From positions 86,552,001 through 86,616,000 of the forward strand of contig NC_042997.1 of NCBI RefSeq assembly GCF_006345805.1: a DNA stretch of 64,000 nt. Reading direction: 5' to 3'. The DNA comes from Octopus sinensis. Lineage: Eukaryota. The position numbers and the translations under genes are program-made. Shown piece by piece: positions 14,403 through 29,200 of this stretch (positions within the stretch are counted from its first letter, which is position 1; the number at the start of each line of letters is the position of its first letter). Below the pieces are notes generated by a model that was not told the DNA's origin, did no database searches, and saw nothing but the letters and a program-made list of their open reading frames with translations.

Positions 14403-17138
14403 TCTTCTTATCAGAAAAAGAGATGACACAGAAAAAACAATGGTTATGTTATAAACTTCATTAGCTTACAGCTGTTTCTGCTAAAAGATGCAATGGACTC
14501 ATAGTTGAGTGCCTGAATACCATCCTTCAGCGTCATTGGAACCTCAAATTTGAAGTTCAATTTATTTGGGAAAGAAGAATTACATTTTTGCAAATTACAG
14601 GGAAGTCATTACCAATGAGATAATCATTACTGATGTATATACAAAAGTGTATGTCCAAAAAGCAATTAGATTTACAAGTAGAAAATGTAGAAAAAATATA
14701 TGTACAAGGTCTGATCAATAAGTATCTGGACTGTTGCCATAGTAACAAAGCTAAAGCATGCAAAGTGAAGCTGCTCAGCAAAAATTGACCTTGAACTCTG
14801 TTGTGCATGTGCACTAAGTTTTAATGTTCCAGCTCACTTCGCTGTTTACAGCAGTGCTTGGTGTGTAGTGTGTGATCATCACATTGACCAAGACAGAGAA
14901 AGTTGTCATGGCAATACCTGCTCAGAGGCCTACACAATGTTGCAGAAAGTGTATAGAGGGGAGTGTATGAGCCACACACAAGTGTACAAGTGTTTCAGAT
15001 GTTTCCAAGATGGCCGAAAAAATGTTGATATTAATGAAATCTCTTGGAGACCCACAACCAGCAGAACTGAGAAAATCATCACAGATGAGCATGCAGCTGT
15101 GAGGGGAAATCATCAAATCACCATCCAAGAGTTATCAGAGGATGTGCAGATTAGTTACACTTCAGTTCAGTCCATTATCACTGAAGATTTGGGTATGAGA
15201 TGCATGTCTGCCAAGTTTGTGCCAAAACTGCTTTCAGCTAACCAAAAGGACACTCAGGTTTCAGTTGCACAAAATCTCCTTGATTGTGTCAAGAATGATG
15301 AGAACTTTTTGAAAATTTTGCGTAGGCCTCCGAGCAGATATCGCCAAGCTTTTGGCAAAACTTGATGCAAATTCTCTGCTCAACTTTCAGTCATGGTCAA
15401 TGCGATGATTACATGCTATACACGTTCCTTCCAAGCACTGCTGTAAACAATGGAAGTGAGCTAGAACATTAAAACTTAGTGTGCATGCACAGCAAAGTTC
15501 AAGGTCAATATGTGCCAAGCAGCTTCACTCTGCATGCTTTAGCATCGTTACTATGGCAATAGTCTGGATACTTATTGATCAGACAACGTATATATACACA
15601 CATGCACAAGCACTTGAAAAATGCATGCTCTACACAGACGAACATATACACATTACATAAACACACAGAAAAAAGAAAAACAATGGAGACAAACCAAGAG
15701 CGATCCACACTCATACACACACAGACATATATTCTTCTTGATGCCATGTAAAAAGCACACAGTCCACTCTATAAAGTGGTTAGTGTTATAAAGGGCATCC
15801 AGTTGTAAAAACCATACCAAACAGACAGTGAACCCTGGTGCAGTCTTCTGCCTAGCCAGCTCCTGTCAAACAATAAATTCTATGCCAGCATGGAAAATGG
15901 ACATTAAATGATGATAATATCCTTTGTTTTTCACATAACATATCACTTTATTTTATGTCTTCGCAATTTTGTTTACAGCTGTTAGTTCATGTCAATTTTA
16001 ACATGGAGTGCAAAAACGAACACTTTTGCCATATTTTGCTTCTTTATTTCCATAAAGGTAAGAAAGCTGCTGAGGCTCACAAAGAGATGTGTGAAGTTTA
16101 TGGTGTTGATTGCTTAATAGAACGCACATGTCAGAAATGGTTTTAAAAATTCCGTTCTGGAGATTTTTCACTCAAAGATGACCAATGTTCTGGTTGACCT
16201 ACTGAAGTTGATGATGACTGAATCAAAGCCATAATTGAATTTGATTGTCATATAATTGTGCAAGAGATTGCAGGGAGGTTAAATGTATCACACACAACAA
16301 TTGAAAATCACTTAAAATGTCTTGGACTCATTAAGAAGCTTGATATTTGGGTTCTATGTAAATTGAAAGAGATTCACTTAACACAACAAATCAATATTTG
16401 CGATATGCCTCTCAAACACAAGGAAATCAACCATTTTTTGAAACGAATTATCACTGGTAATGAAAAATAAATTGTCTACAATAACATCAATCAAAACGAT
16501 CATGGTCCATGTGTGTAGTAAAACAGAGTGATCTGCTTTAATGATGTATATCAAATCGCAACCAACAATTCAGTAAAACAAATAGTTGTCACTGCCCTCC
16601 TCCTCCTCCTCATTGTCTTCATCATCATCATGACGGTTATTATTATTATTATTTCATAAGGTGTCAAGTTGGCAGAATTGTTAGCACACCGAGCAAAATG
16701 CTTAGCGATATTTCATCATCTTTACATTCTGAGTTAAAATACAGTTGAGGTCAACTTTGCCTTTCAATCCCTTCAGGGTCAATAAACAAGTACCAGTTGA
16801 GGACTGGGGTTGATGTAATTGACTATCCCCCTCCCCAAAATTTCAAGCCTTGTGTCTACAGCAGAAAGGACTATTATTATTATTTCAATGTCTATTTTTC
16901 CATGCTTATATTAGTCAGATGAAAGTTCATGGAGGCTGAATGTTTATCTGGTTGCCAATTCACACTTATTTCCAAGTGAAGTAACATTTCCCCATATCTA
17001 TCAAACAACAAACAGCTCAGACATACTCTCATGGAGCATTGTAAACAAAAGACAAAATTTATTCGAGCAGTGTCACTTTGTTTACAATCAGTGCACACAT
17101 GTCAAGACAAGAGGAATACACACACACATATATGTATG

Positions 17139-17208
<70 letters not shown>

Positions 17209-20200
17209 GCACACATACACACACACACACACATAGAAGGTTTCTTTACATGTATCAAATTTCATTTGTGATGTAACTGGTCAGTCTGTGGCTATGGTAG
17301 AGAACACCAGCCAACAGTGTCCATGCAATGAGAGCAAATTCCAAACCACGTCATTCTGAAGTCAACTTCTCAACCACACAACTATATTTGTATCAATTAA
17401 ACAAATTGTTAGAAATTCTTTATATTCACACATACCTCTATTGTAGGGTCTTTAGCAAAAAAGTTAAGCATTTCTGATTTACCAGCACCAATGTTTCCTT
17501 CAACACAGATCTGTGAAAATGTTGAATAAAAAAAAAAAAAAAAAAAATTATTCATTATGTACGGTTACTGTTTACATCTCATTCAGAGACTTATTATTAA
17601 TTTATATATTATTTTTGTTTAGTTGTAAGTATTTTTCTACGTTTTTATGGATCAGAGATCCTTTGCAGAAAGCAATTCTTGTTTATAATTGAGAGGTCGT
17701 CCAACCACACAACCTCCAAATAAGAGTGGTAGTTTGTCAGGCAGGTAAACTGGATCAAGCAGACGTTTCAAGTAGAGCTGTACATTGGTATAGATGCAGA
17801 CTACCACTTACTTCCTTGGATCCAACTGTTTCACTGTGATACTCTGTATATAATTTATCTGGATTTAATTTTTGTGCTGAGAACATTTACACAGTGGGAC
17901 TAGAGAATCGATGTAAATTGACAGTTGCCTCCCTTGTTAATTGCACGATTAAATTTTTTTAAATCTTTTAAAGGAAATAATTGAAAGTTGGAGAAAAAAT
18001 TAAAAAAGGATCAGAATGATGCCAACTGAGAAAAATATAAGTGAAGATGCATCATCATCATCGTCATCGTCGTCATCATCATCATCGTTTAACATCCGCC
18101 TTTCGTGCTTGCATGGGTGGAACAAACATAGTTAATGTAATGAACTAGTAAATAATGTAAAATTACACCAGTAATGAAGAGAAAAAGTAATAAACTTAGA
18201 ACAAATTTATATCAGAGAAAATGAAAGAACAATAACTGCTTGATTATTTATATGGCCATTTAATCATCAACATCGTTTAACGCCCGTTTTCCATGCTGGT
18301 ATGGGTTGAACGGTTCGACTAGAGTCTGGGAAGCCAGGAGGCTGCATCAAGCTCCAATCTGATCTGGCAGTGTTTCTACGGCTGGATGCCCTTCCTAACG
18401 CCAACCACTCCATGAGTGTAATGGGAGCTTTTATGTGCCAGAGGCTGGCATCAACCCGTTTGGATGGGGCTTTTGCATGTCACCAGCACGGGAGCCAGTC
18501 AAGGCGGCGCAGGCATTAGCCACAATTGGATGGCGCTTTTTACGTGCCACTAGCACAGGTGGCCAGTCGGGGCGATGGGTCTGGCACTGACCACATTTAG
18601 ATGGTGAGTCATTACAATATACAAGAAACATACAGCTACATTGAGTTGTTTGTTTATTTGTACACACATTGTCATTTGTTGACGCAATAACATATTCTCT
18701 GGTTCCACAGGTCATTGTGTGTTAGTAATCCAGTTTCATCTCGGTTACTACTAGAGAAAGACAAAATAAAAGAAACAAAGATACACAGAAATAATGCAAA
18801 TTCTATGTTTGCACACACAGTGAGAAATTTTTGCTCTTCAGCCACTCAGGGGCCAGCCAAAAGAGGTTGACTGATATTTGCTTGTGTTTTTATAACTTGC
18901 TGGTAACTGAATTAGGTCAGCTAGAACAACAGAGTTCTTTCCTTATACTAGTTCTGATTGAGGAATGACTCAAGAAAGATCAAGGTCAGTACATTCCCAT
19001 TAGTCTCTGAGTGCAAAAAGTTAAAACAAGAGACTGAGGATTTATTTGACAACATATAAAAATGTAGATTTGGTTTCAAATCCCAACTTAAACTTAATGA
19101 TTAATTCTGAGTGACAATGATTTCAAAGTTACACATAAAGCTAGCCATTTTGAGGGGAGGAGGGATTAGCCAAAAACCATTGTCTCCACTACTTGACCAG
19201 TACAATATTTTATCAATCAGATAGATGAAAGGCTAAATTGACCTCTGCAGGATTTGAATTCAAGGTGTAAACAGTCTGGACAAATACTGCAAAGCAATTC
19301 TGACTTTCTGATAATTCTGGCAGCTCACCAACAATTTAAATCAATAAAAATTAGTTAATGCCAAGGGAAATATTATTGGCTCCATCTAAATATGCAATCA
19401 ACTTAGCCATTTATACATTTGCCTGCAGTTTAACCTTAATCCTAACCCAGACCAAATCATTTCAAGGTATAGACTACAGATAAGTGAATGCAATATGTAC
19501 TTTTGCAATATGGTATGATATGATCTGAGGGAGATTTGATTGCTTTTTCTAGCAATCTGAGAAACCACATAAAGATTCACTGCCTCACAGAGACAGAAAA
19601 TGATGAATGTAATAATTTTCTGCTCTCTCAAACACAACACCAAACTTTCAGGAGTAAAGTTCCTTCCTGAGTTATATAAACTCATAGGGCCAGTCTCCCA
19701 GTTTCCATGGCATATATTCCCCACCTGGACGGGAAGCCAGTTTGCTACACGATTACTCACTTTTGCCAGCTGAGTGGACTGGAGCAATGTGAAATAAAGT
19801 GCTTTGCTCAAGAACACAACACATCGCCCAGTCCAGGAATTGAAACCACAATCTTACGAGCATGAGTCCAACACCCTAACCACTAAGCCAAATGCCTGCA
19901 CCAGTAATAATAAACCGGTATCATTTATACTAATGTACAGGTACTTGTATTTCATCTAATTATTTATGTAAATTTAATATTTACTGGATTTAGAATGTGT
20001 TGACCAAAGTAGTTACCCTTTGTTCAAAAAATATCAGTAATCCATAAAAATATTGGGGGAAACGAAATTTCCGGAAAATCGCTGGTGTACTTGTATTGGT
20101 ATGTCCCAATATGTATCTCTTCGCCAGACTACCATTTTGTTTCTTTTCTTTCTTTTTTATTTTGAGAACCCTTATAATAGACTACTACTCACATAAAACT

Positions 20201-23200
20201 CTCACATGACCACAGTCATAAATATAGCAGATGCCATAGCAAAATGAAAGTATATTATTAAATTTACTGTTATCGAAGTGATAATCAAGAATATTCTTAA
20301 ATATATTTCTTTACTACCCACAAGGGGCCAACTAGTCACTTATATCTCAAGGAAGTGACTAAAATCATATCAGGAGTTGCTTCCCATGCTTACCAGACTA
20401 ATCAAATATTAAGCAGTGTGTTCCTCATTGAATATACATTTCTAATAGGCTTTTGAGACTATTTTTATCTTATACTTTACTTGTTTCAGCCATTAGTCTG
20501 CGGCCATGATGGGGCACGGCCTTAAAGGATTTTTAGTCGAATGAATGGGCCCTAGTACTTATTTATTTATCTATTTTTCCTTTCGTGAAGTCTGGTACCT
20601 ATTCTATTGGTTTCTTTTGCCAAACCATTAAGTTACGGGGATGGTAACACACTAACCCTGGTTATCAAGCAGTGGTGGTGGAACAGAGACGAAGGCACAC
20701 ACACACATACACACAAGCACACACACACACATACAATGGGCTTCTTTCAGTTTCCGTCAAATAAATCCACTCACAAGGCTTTGGTCAGCCCGACGCTATA
20801 GTAGAAGACACTTGCTCAAGGTGCCACACAGTGGGACTGAACCCAGAACCATGTGGTTGGGAAGCAAGCTTCTTTATTTCATAAAATTGGCTATGCAGCC
20901 TTACAAAGATGAAGAAGCTGCAGGCTGGATAAAGACATAATGATAATGGAATGAAAAAAATGGTTGGTGGGAGGAGCAGACAATGCCTGCCAATTGTCGC
21001 TTCTCACAAACGTTGTTCTTTTTTTTTCCAATAAAACAAAATGAGGTATTGAACCTCTTACCTTAGTTCAAAGAATGGATGCAATCACCCTTACAAATTG
21101 AGGCACTGAGCCTCTTACCAAAAATACAAATTCAAATTGAGGCACTAAGGCCTCTTACCTTTCCTCCCCAACCAGGCTGTATGCCTCCCGCAGGCAATCC
21201 TGCAGTTCCAAGTCGGGGCTCCAAAAAGCAAACCTATATTGGTTCTTTGGAAAGGAGTCCATCACTCTGAACATATCAAGTTCTTCTTAATATGGCCAGA
21301 TTCCAGGCACAGGTGACACTTGATGGGGGGGGGGCATCTCTCAAGTATCACTGGGTATTGCAACCAGCCATTTTCAGAAAATCTAGAAATACCAGATCTT
21401 TAGTGACTTATTGGGACCACAGGGTCAAAATCGCTTTTGACCCCACCCAATCAGCCAATCAGGGTTCGCATTAGGCAAGAAGTTGAAAATTCTTTTGGCC
21501 CATGACACTCCATGGACCCTAAGTAAGGCTTGTGCAAAATTTGAATGAAATCAGTTGGGCAGTTCTCGAGTTTTAGTGATGCAGACAGACAGACAGACAC
21601 ACATTCTCTGTTTTATATATATATATATATATACAGATTATTTTCACTTTTCAAATATTGCTTTATTTAATTTTATTTGAAGGTAATAAATATTTTCTTT
21701 TTGAAAATTAGTATTCATTTCATCATTTTATATAATCAGTAAGAAATTTGATAAAAGTTAAATTATAGTTATAGAATGTATGCCATATTTCTTGATATTA
21801 CCCATGGTGACAAAGGTATACTTCCAAAGTCATCTGTCATAGGATAAAAAACACTTCAGTACATCAAATATATTACATGAGAAAACCTGTAGTGTGGAAA
21901 ATTAATGTAAAACTGTGGGCAAAATTTTTCGCTCCTATATTCAATGCACCTTCGACAGTGACATGTGTGCTGGTGACGCGTAAAAGCATCTGTTCTAGTG
22001 ATACATTAATGGCATTCATGCTGGTGACATGTTAATATCACCCAGTACATTCTACAGTGGTTAGTGTTAGGAAGGACATCCTGCCATAGAAGCCAAGCCC
22101 AACCAAACTGAAGCCTGGTGCAACTCTGGTTCACCAGTTCCAGTCAATCTACCTAACGCATGCCAACATGGAAAACGAATGCTAAATAATGACAACAACA
22201 ACAAATAACTTTTAGATGCTGAAGAGTTATGGATGTCATTTGTCTCACAAATGATGACACAACTATAATGAAAGAGACATACACCAATAACCTTGCCAAA
22301 CTGGAGTGACTGAAGAATTTTTCACCATGATGAGGACTTCAAAATATGGAATAAGAGATGGCTGAAGTAATTGAAACAATGTAAAAGTCAAATTACTGGG
22401 AGAAATCTATAGGCTTTTTACCTACAGATGAATGCATTTAATTAAGGAAAGTAAGCCATTATATATTTATCAGGAAAAAAAATATCACATTTCTTTTATA
22501 ATTAGTAATTGCTGCTTAATCCCAGGTCAACCAGCTTCTCAAAGGAATATGTGGAGCTTGCTATCAGATTTCAAAATCCACTCTACAAATCATAAGTAGG
22601 TTCACATAACTTTGCAGTACCCTCTCAAAAAACTCATCCATGTTAATGAAGTTAGCAGTAAAACAATGCCAGTTTTGCTGTTGATAAGCTTTGCAAGAAC
22701 ATTTGAACAGAAAGGGTCTCAGCCCTCTGAACCATGTTGAATGTCTACAGTGCCACTGTTCTGTCAACTTTGCTATATGCTAGTGATATATGGACTGTTG
22801 ACAGCAAGTAGACCATTCCATCTTAAGTGTCTGAGAACAATGCTGCATAGTCATTGGTATGAAAATATCTCAGACACCAAAATCTTTAATTACACAGTAT
22901 TGTTTAGCATTCACACTAACTTATGCAGACCTTGGCTTTACTGGTTTGATCACATTACCAGAATGGACAACAAATGCTTTCCAAAATATCTTTTCTACAG
23001 TTAACAAGAGAAGGGACTAAGAAATTCTAGAGCTGCTAGCACATAATGATGTAGCTCTAACTATGAATGTCCAATGTGTAAGAGAACATTTTAAGGTGTA
23101 TTGAGTCTTCAAACCCATAAGTGATATCATATAAGACACTGGAGTAAAATCATTATTATTGTATTCTTTGATGTATACTTACAGATATCGTCTCCATACT

Positions 23201-26200
23201 GGAATGTTGGTGGCTTTGAAAATCTGAGAATTAAGAAATTAAAAAGTTAAGTATAGCTGAATAAATGAATAAGTTTAAAGTATAGTTTCCTTTACAATAA
23301 TCGAGGTATTTAAAATGTCATTTTGTATAATAATAATAATAATGAAATTATTGTATACAGTGCTCAGGTGCACCACAACTTGTCAGAAAGTGCATATAAA
23401 GTACATGCAGTAATGTAAAAATGTCTGGAAAGCGAACAATGTATGAGTCAGACACATGCTTGTGTGTGTAAGGAGGGGAGAAAATCAGGTGTAGTGTTGG
23501 TGAATCTCAGAAAGCGTGGAAGTTTTGAAGGATGCAGTGCTCCGACAACTAACAACTGATGCCGGCAGTTTGTCCCATGCTTCAGCAACTCTCAGCGTGA
23601 AAAAATGTTTCCTGAAGTCATGGGAGCTGTGCTGTTTTCTGACTTTGTAAATATGTCCACGGGTGTTAGATGGGTGGAGTTTGAAAAGGTGCTCAGAGTT
23701 ATTGTTTGTACGATGGTTGATAATTTTATGGGTGTCTGCCAAGTCAGCTGCCAGACGTCGGAGTTTCAATGTGTCCATGCCCAGGGAAGTAAGGCGTTCA
23801 GGATATGGCAAATGCCTGATTCATTTTAAGTTTGAAAAGGGCCACAATATATCAATCATCATTATTTTACATCTGTATTTCTATACATACACATGTGGAA
23901 CAGATTTACATCTGTATTTCTATACATACACAGGTAGAACAGATTTTTCCAGCATAGCATCTGTGATCCTTTAATATCTTCTTTGTGAGGCTCAACTTCT
24001 TGAGATGAGCCTACACTGCTTTTTCCCCATGTCTTCTTCTTCCAAAGGTTTCCCCTACTTGGATCACTTGGCACTTCTTTATTTACCTATTATCCTTCAT
24101 ACACATCATGTGTTCATACCAGCACACTCTCCTCTCTCATATACGTCTCATCTAATTCTTCTTATACCCAGTTTTTTTCGGTTCATTCACTAACATAGCA
24201 TCACACATCCAGTGGAGTATGCTGGCCTATTTTTCTTTCTATCTTTCACATTCAATGCCTATATTTTACTACCACACAATATTGCACATTATACACAAGC
24301 ATTGTATACAATCTGCTTTTCACTCAGTGATAAAATCTCTTTGTCACCATAAGAGGTAGTATCTTGCTGAACATTCTCTACACTGTTCTTGCTGCCTTTG
24401 CTTTCAGAATACCGACATCCAGAGCTAATTCAGTCATCTAGGGAAGAAAGCAGTCAATAATATCTTGGGATCCTCGAAACACTTCAAAGCATTTATTTCA
24501 TTGGTGGCTGTGCATCTGCAACACACGAAGTTCCTCTCCACCAAATTGTCTGTGATCCTACTGCACCTCTTGTGCACCCAAAATTTGTACTGTACTGAAT
24601 CTCTACCTACTCCTTTTCTGCACATCAAGTACTGCCAGTATCAGATGGCTGTAGAGTCTTGTTTTTTGAGGGGTTTTTTTTAATATGAATAAAAGCTTTT
24701 GTCTCTGCTAGATTTAAGAACTTTCAACTTTAGGCTTTTTTTTTTGCATTTCTAATTTCTTTAATTCTTTCAACAGGTTCAGCTATAAGAACTAGGTCAT
24801 AGGCAAACAAATGTTTCCACAGACAACCAGTCAAACTCCTCTGTTACTTCCTGGAGGGCATAATAAACAGAAGGCAGAGAACCAAACCTTTATGGACACC
24901 AACCAGCATATCACATTCCTTGCAGAACAGAACACAGCACCTTATCAAGTACTTCTCACAAATCATCAAATGCTCGGTTTAGTTGCTTGCTCTTTACTAA
25001 AAACTTCTGTAGTTTCTCTATAGGAAAAGGTGATACCCTCTCCTGACACAACTCTGAACCAATGTTCTTCATAATTAGTTGTGCTGTAACTCTTTCTGCC
25101 ACATTCATAGACTGATCTATCAGTTTGATGCCTCTGTAATTTCTTCTTCCTAGAGCATGTACCCTTGTAGCAGTTAGTAAGGACACTGTTCTGCCAGTCA
25201 CTGGGAATGAATACTTGCTGTACTACTTGACGGAAGAGTGCATTCTATTTCCTTAGATATTTTCAGCATCTTATCAACTGTCTTCTGTAATCTGAGTGCT
25301 TTCTCTGCCTTCACAGCATAAATCTTTTGGGTATCAACCCATCTGAAATTGTCTCTAACTCAATAAAACAAAACCTAGAGTTTTGAACAGATCATATTTA
25401 AATCAAAATCTTCAAAAATAGATTTATGTAAGATTTTTGTTAAGATCCAAGCACTGAATTGTTGATAATACTGTTTATTTGACCAAATTCCTGCTTATTT
25501 TCATGTTTGGTACTTATTCTATCAATCACTTTTTACCAAACTAGTAATTTACAGGGTTGTAAACAAACCAACATCGATTATCAAGCAGTGATGAGCAACA
25601 AACACAAGCACACATATATACAATGGGCTTCCACAGTTTCCATCTATCAAATTTACTCAAAAGGTATTGATTAACCTGGAGCATAGAAGACATTTCCCAA
25701 GTGGAACTGAACCCAAAACCCTGTTGCAACAAAGTGTACTTAACCACACACAATGTATGTGTGTTACATACATTGTTACAAGGGTACACATCTCTCTAAG
25801 TAGAGAAACTTACTTCTTGACTATTTTCAGGTGAAGCCATGGTGCTGTGGACGATAGAGCATCGCATTTGCCTATAACAGTTACATGAAGAATAACAAGT
25901 TTGTCACAGCAGCTCAGCATGAGTTTCAGCACCACTTCAACATTCACCAAAAGCAATAACACAATCTTATATTGGGTGAACGCATTTTGTACACAAGGTA
26001 CACTAATGAATAGGAAACTGGTAGGGGTAGTGAAGAAGACATTTGTTCAAAATGCCACACAATGGGACTAAACTTGAAATCACATGGTTGCAAAGTGAGC
26101 TTCTTAATCACACAGCCATGCTTGCAATTCTTAAATGACACAAGGAAATTTCTAGGGATCCTTTTGCATGAAGGATATATATGTAAGTTAAACAGCAACA

Positions 26201-29200
26201 CAAATGCGCATGCATACACACACATATGTGTGTATGATGTATTAATAGAGTCATTAGAACACCAGGAAAATTATTCATTAAGCTAAGGCAGTGAGCTAGC
26301 AGAATCGTTAGCACACTAGGAAAAATGTTTAGTGGCATTTCATTCATCTTTACATCCTGAGTTCAAATTCCACCAAGGTTGACTTTGCTTTTAATTTTTT
26401 CAAGGTCAAAAAAAAAAATAATAAGTACCAGTTGAGCACTGGGGCTGGTGTAATCAACTTAATCTCTCCCACAAAACTACAGGCCTTGTGTCAAAATTTG
26501 AAATCAATATTATTCACTATGCTAAGGTAGTGAGCTGGCAGAATTGTTAGCATGCTAGGAAAAATGCTTAGTGGCATTTCATATTTTTATCTTCTGAGTT
26601 CAACTTGCCTTTTTCCTTTCAGGGTTGATGAAGTAAGTATCAGTTGGACACTGAGATAGATATAATCGACTTACCCCTCTCCTGAAAGTGCTGGCCTTAT
26701 GCCAAAATTTGAAACCAATATTATTTTTCCACAGGCAAGGAACGCAGGTACAAGATTTTCTGGGCAGGGAACACTGACGGGGTTGGTGGCGTGGGTATAC
26801 TTATCGCTGAGAAATGGGTAGATAAAGTAATTGAGGTAATCAGAGTAAGTGACAGAATACTTAAGATTAGATTAGTGCTTCATCATAGTTTAGCAACCAT
26901 TATATCAGCCTATGCTCCTCAGTCGGGGCTACCCGATGGACAGAAAGACCGATTCTATGACACTCTACTGCAGACTACCTCATTGGCGAACGACAGAGAC
27001 CTTATCTTTGTGGCTGGTGACTTCAATGGTCACGTTGGACGACATGCTGGGGGCTTCCATGGCGTACATGGAGGCTATGGCTATGGCTCCCGCAACGAGG
27101 AGGGAACCAGGCTGCTGGAGTTCTGCGATGCAAATAATCTTATGATTTGCAACACTAACTTCAGGAAACCTACCAGCCACCTAGTCACTTACCAATCGGG
27201 CCAACATACCAGCCAAATTGACTACATCCTTACAAGGCAAAGGGAGAGATGGCTGCTTATAAATGCCAAAACCTTCCCAGGTGAAGAATGTACCCCACAA
27301 CATAGACTGGTAGTTAGTGACTTTAGGATCAGGACTAGGAGGACAACCAGAAGACGACAAATATGGAGAAGAAGGATCTGGAAGCTTAAAGATCCTGCAA
27401 ATGGACAGAGATTTAGGGACATATTACTTGAAGCCTCTGACGAAGTAGAAGGGGATAGAGCATCACAGGGGGTAGAAGACAGCTGGACGTTTCTAAGGGA
27501 CAACCTGCTGAGAGCCACTGACCAGATCTGTGGCTGGTGCAAAGTCCCCTCTCGACCTAGAATAACGTGGTGGTGGAACAATATTGTAGACAGGGCTATT
27601 AGAGAAAAGAAACAGGCTTGGAAGGTCTGGAAAAATGGGGGTAGCAGGGAATTGTATCAGACTGCCAAAAGAGAAGCTAGGAGACAGGTTTATTTAGCCA
27701 GAGGGGAAGCAGATAAGAAAAAATTTGCCAATGTTCTGCGCCGTGAGGACCAAAGACTGGAGGTGTTTCATGTTGCAAGACAGTGTTTGAGAGAGAATCG
27801 TGATGTGGTAGGAGAGAAGTGTGTTCGCATGGAAGATGGTTCACTTGCGCTAAATGAGGATGCGAAGAGAGAGGTTTGGAGATGCCACTATGAAAGGTTG
27901 CTGAATGAAGAAAATGAATGGGATAAAGAGAGTCTGCCGAATGTTGACCCAACAGAGGGACCAGCTATCCGAGTTGATAGTTCTGTGGTAGCTAAGGCAA
28001 TTAGAAGCATGAAGACAGGGAAAGCCCCAGGCCCATCAGGAATCACTGCAGAGATGCTCAAAATGTCTGGTAGTGTCGGCTATAGCCTAGTCACCCATAT
28101 AGTTAATCAGGTGATACACAAAGGGGTCATACCCAATGACTGGTGTAGCAGTATAATAGTCAACTGCTACAAAGGTAAAGGTGATGCCCTAGATACAAAT
28201 AACTACAGAGGTATCAAGCTGTTGGACCAGGTGATGAAGGTTACGGAGAGGGTCATAGCCCAACTAATTAGAGAGAGAGTTAGTTTAGATGAGATGCAGT
28301 TTGGGTTTGTGCCAGGGAAAAGTACTACTGATGCTATATTCCTGGTAAGGCAGCTGCAGGAGAAATACCTAGCCAAAGATAAGCCCCTGTACCTGGCTTT
28401 TGTTGACATGGAGAAAGCCTTCGACAGGGTCCCCCGATCCCTTATCTGGTGGGCAATGAGAAAACTAGGGATAGATGAATGGTTAGTGAGAGCTGTGCGG
28501 GCCATGTATAGGGACGCCGCTAGTAGGGTGAGGGTTGGAAATGAGTACAGTGAAGAATTCCGGGTAGAGGTAGGGGTCCACCAAGGCTCAGTACTCAGCC
28601 CCCTCCTATTTATCATAGTCCTCCAGGCAATAACGGAGGAATTCAAGACAGGATGCCCTTGGGAGCTCCTCTATGCTGATGACCTTGCTCTAATTGCTGA
28701 GTCGCTATCAGAACTGGAGGAGAAGTTTCAGGTGTGGAAACAAGGATTAGAATCGAAGGGCCTCAGAGTCAATCTAGCTAAAACCAAAGTCGTAATCAGT
28801 AGGAAGGTAGACAAATCACAAACACCTTCAGGTAGATGGCCCTGCTCGATCTGTAGAAAAGGTGTAGGTAGAAACTCTATAAGATGCACCAAGTGTAAGC
28901 TATGGACACATAAGAGATGCAGCAATGTCAAAGGAAGGCTAACTAGGAAGATGGTTTTTGTATGTGGCAGATGCTCAGGAACAATAAACACTGAAAATGC
29001 TCTGAGACCAACTTCCGTCACTTTCCAGGGAGAAAAACTAGAAATAGTTGATAGTTTCCGTTACCTAGGTGACCAAGTCAGCAGCGGGGGTGGGTGTGCT
29101 GAAAGTGTAACTGCTAGAGTAAGAATAGCTTGGGCAAAGTTCAGAGAGCTCTTACCTCTGCTGGTGACAAAAGGCCTCTCGCACAGAGTGAAAGGCAGAC

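Noticed and set aside
17513-17580. Alternative TK2 upstream exon ending ...TVT before ICVEGN
   Set aside because: In-frame TAA three codons upstream, and the intron would be only about 51 nt.
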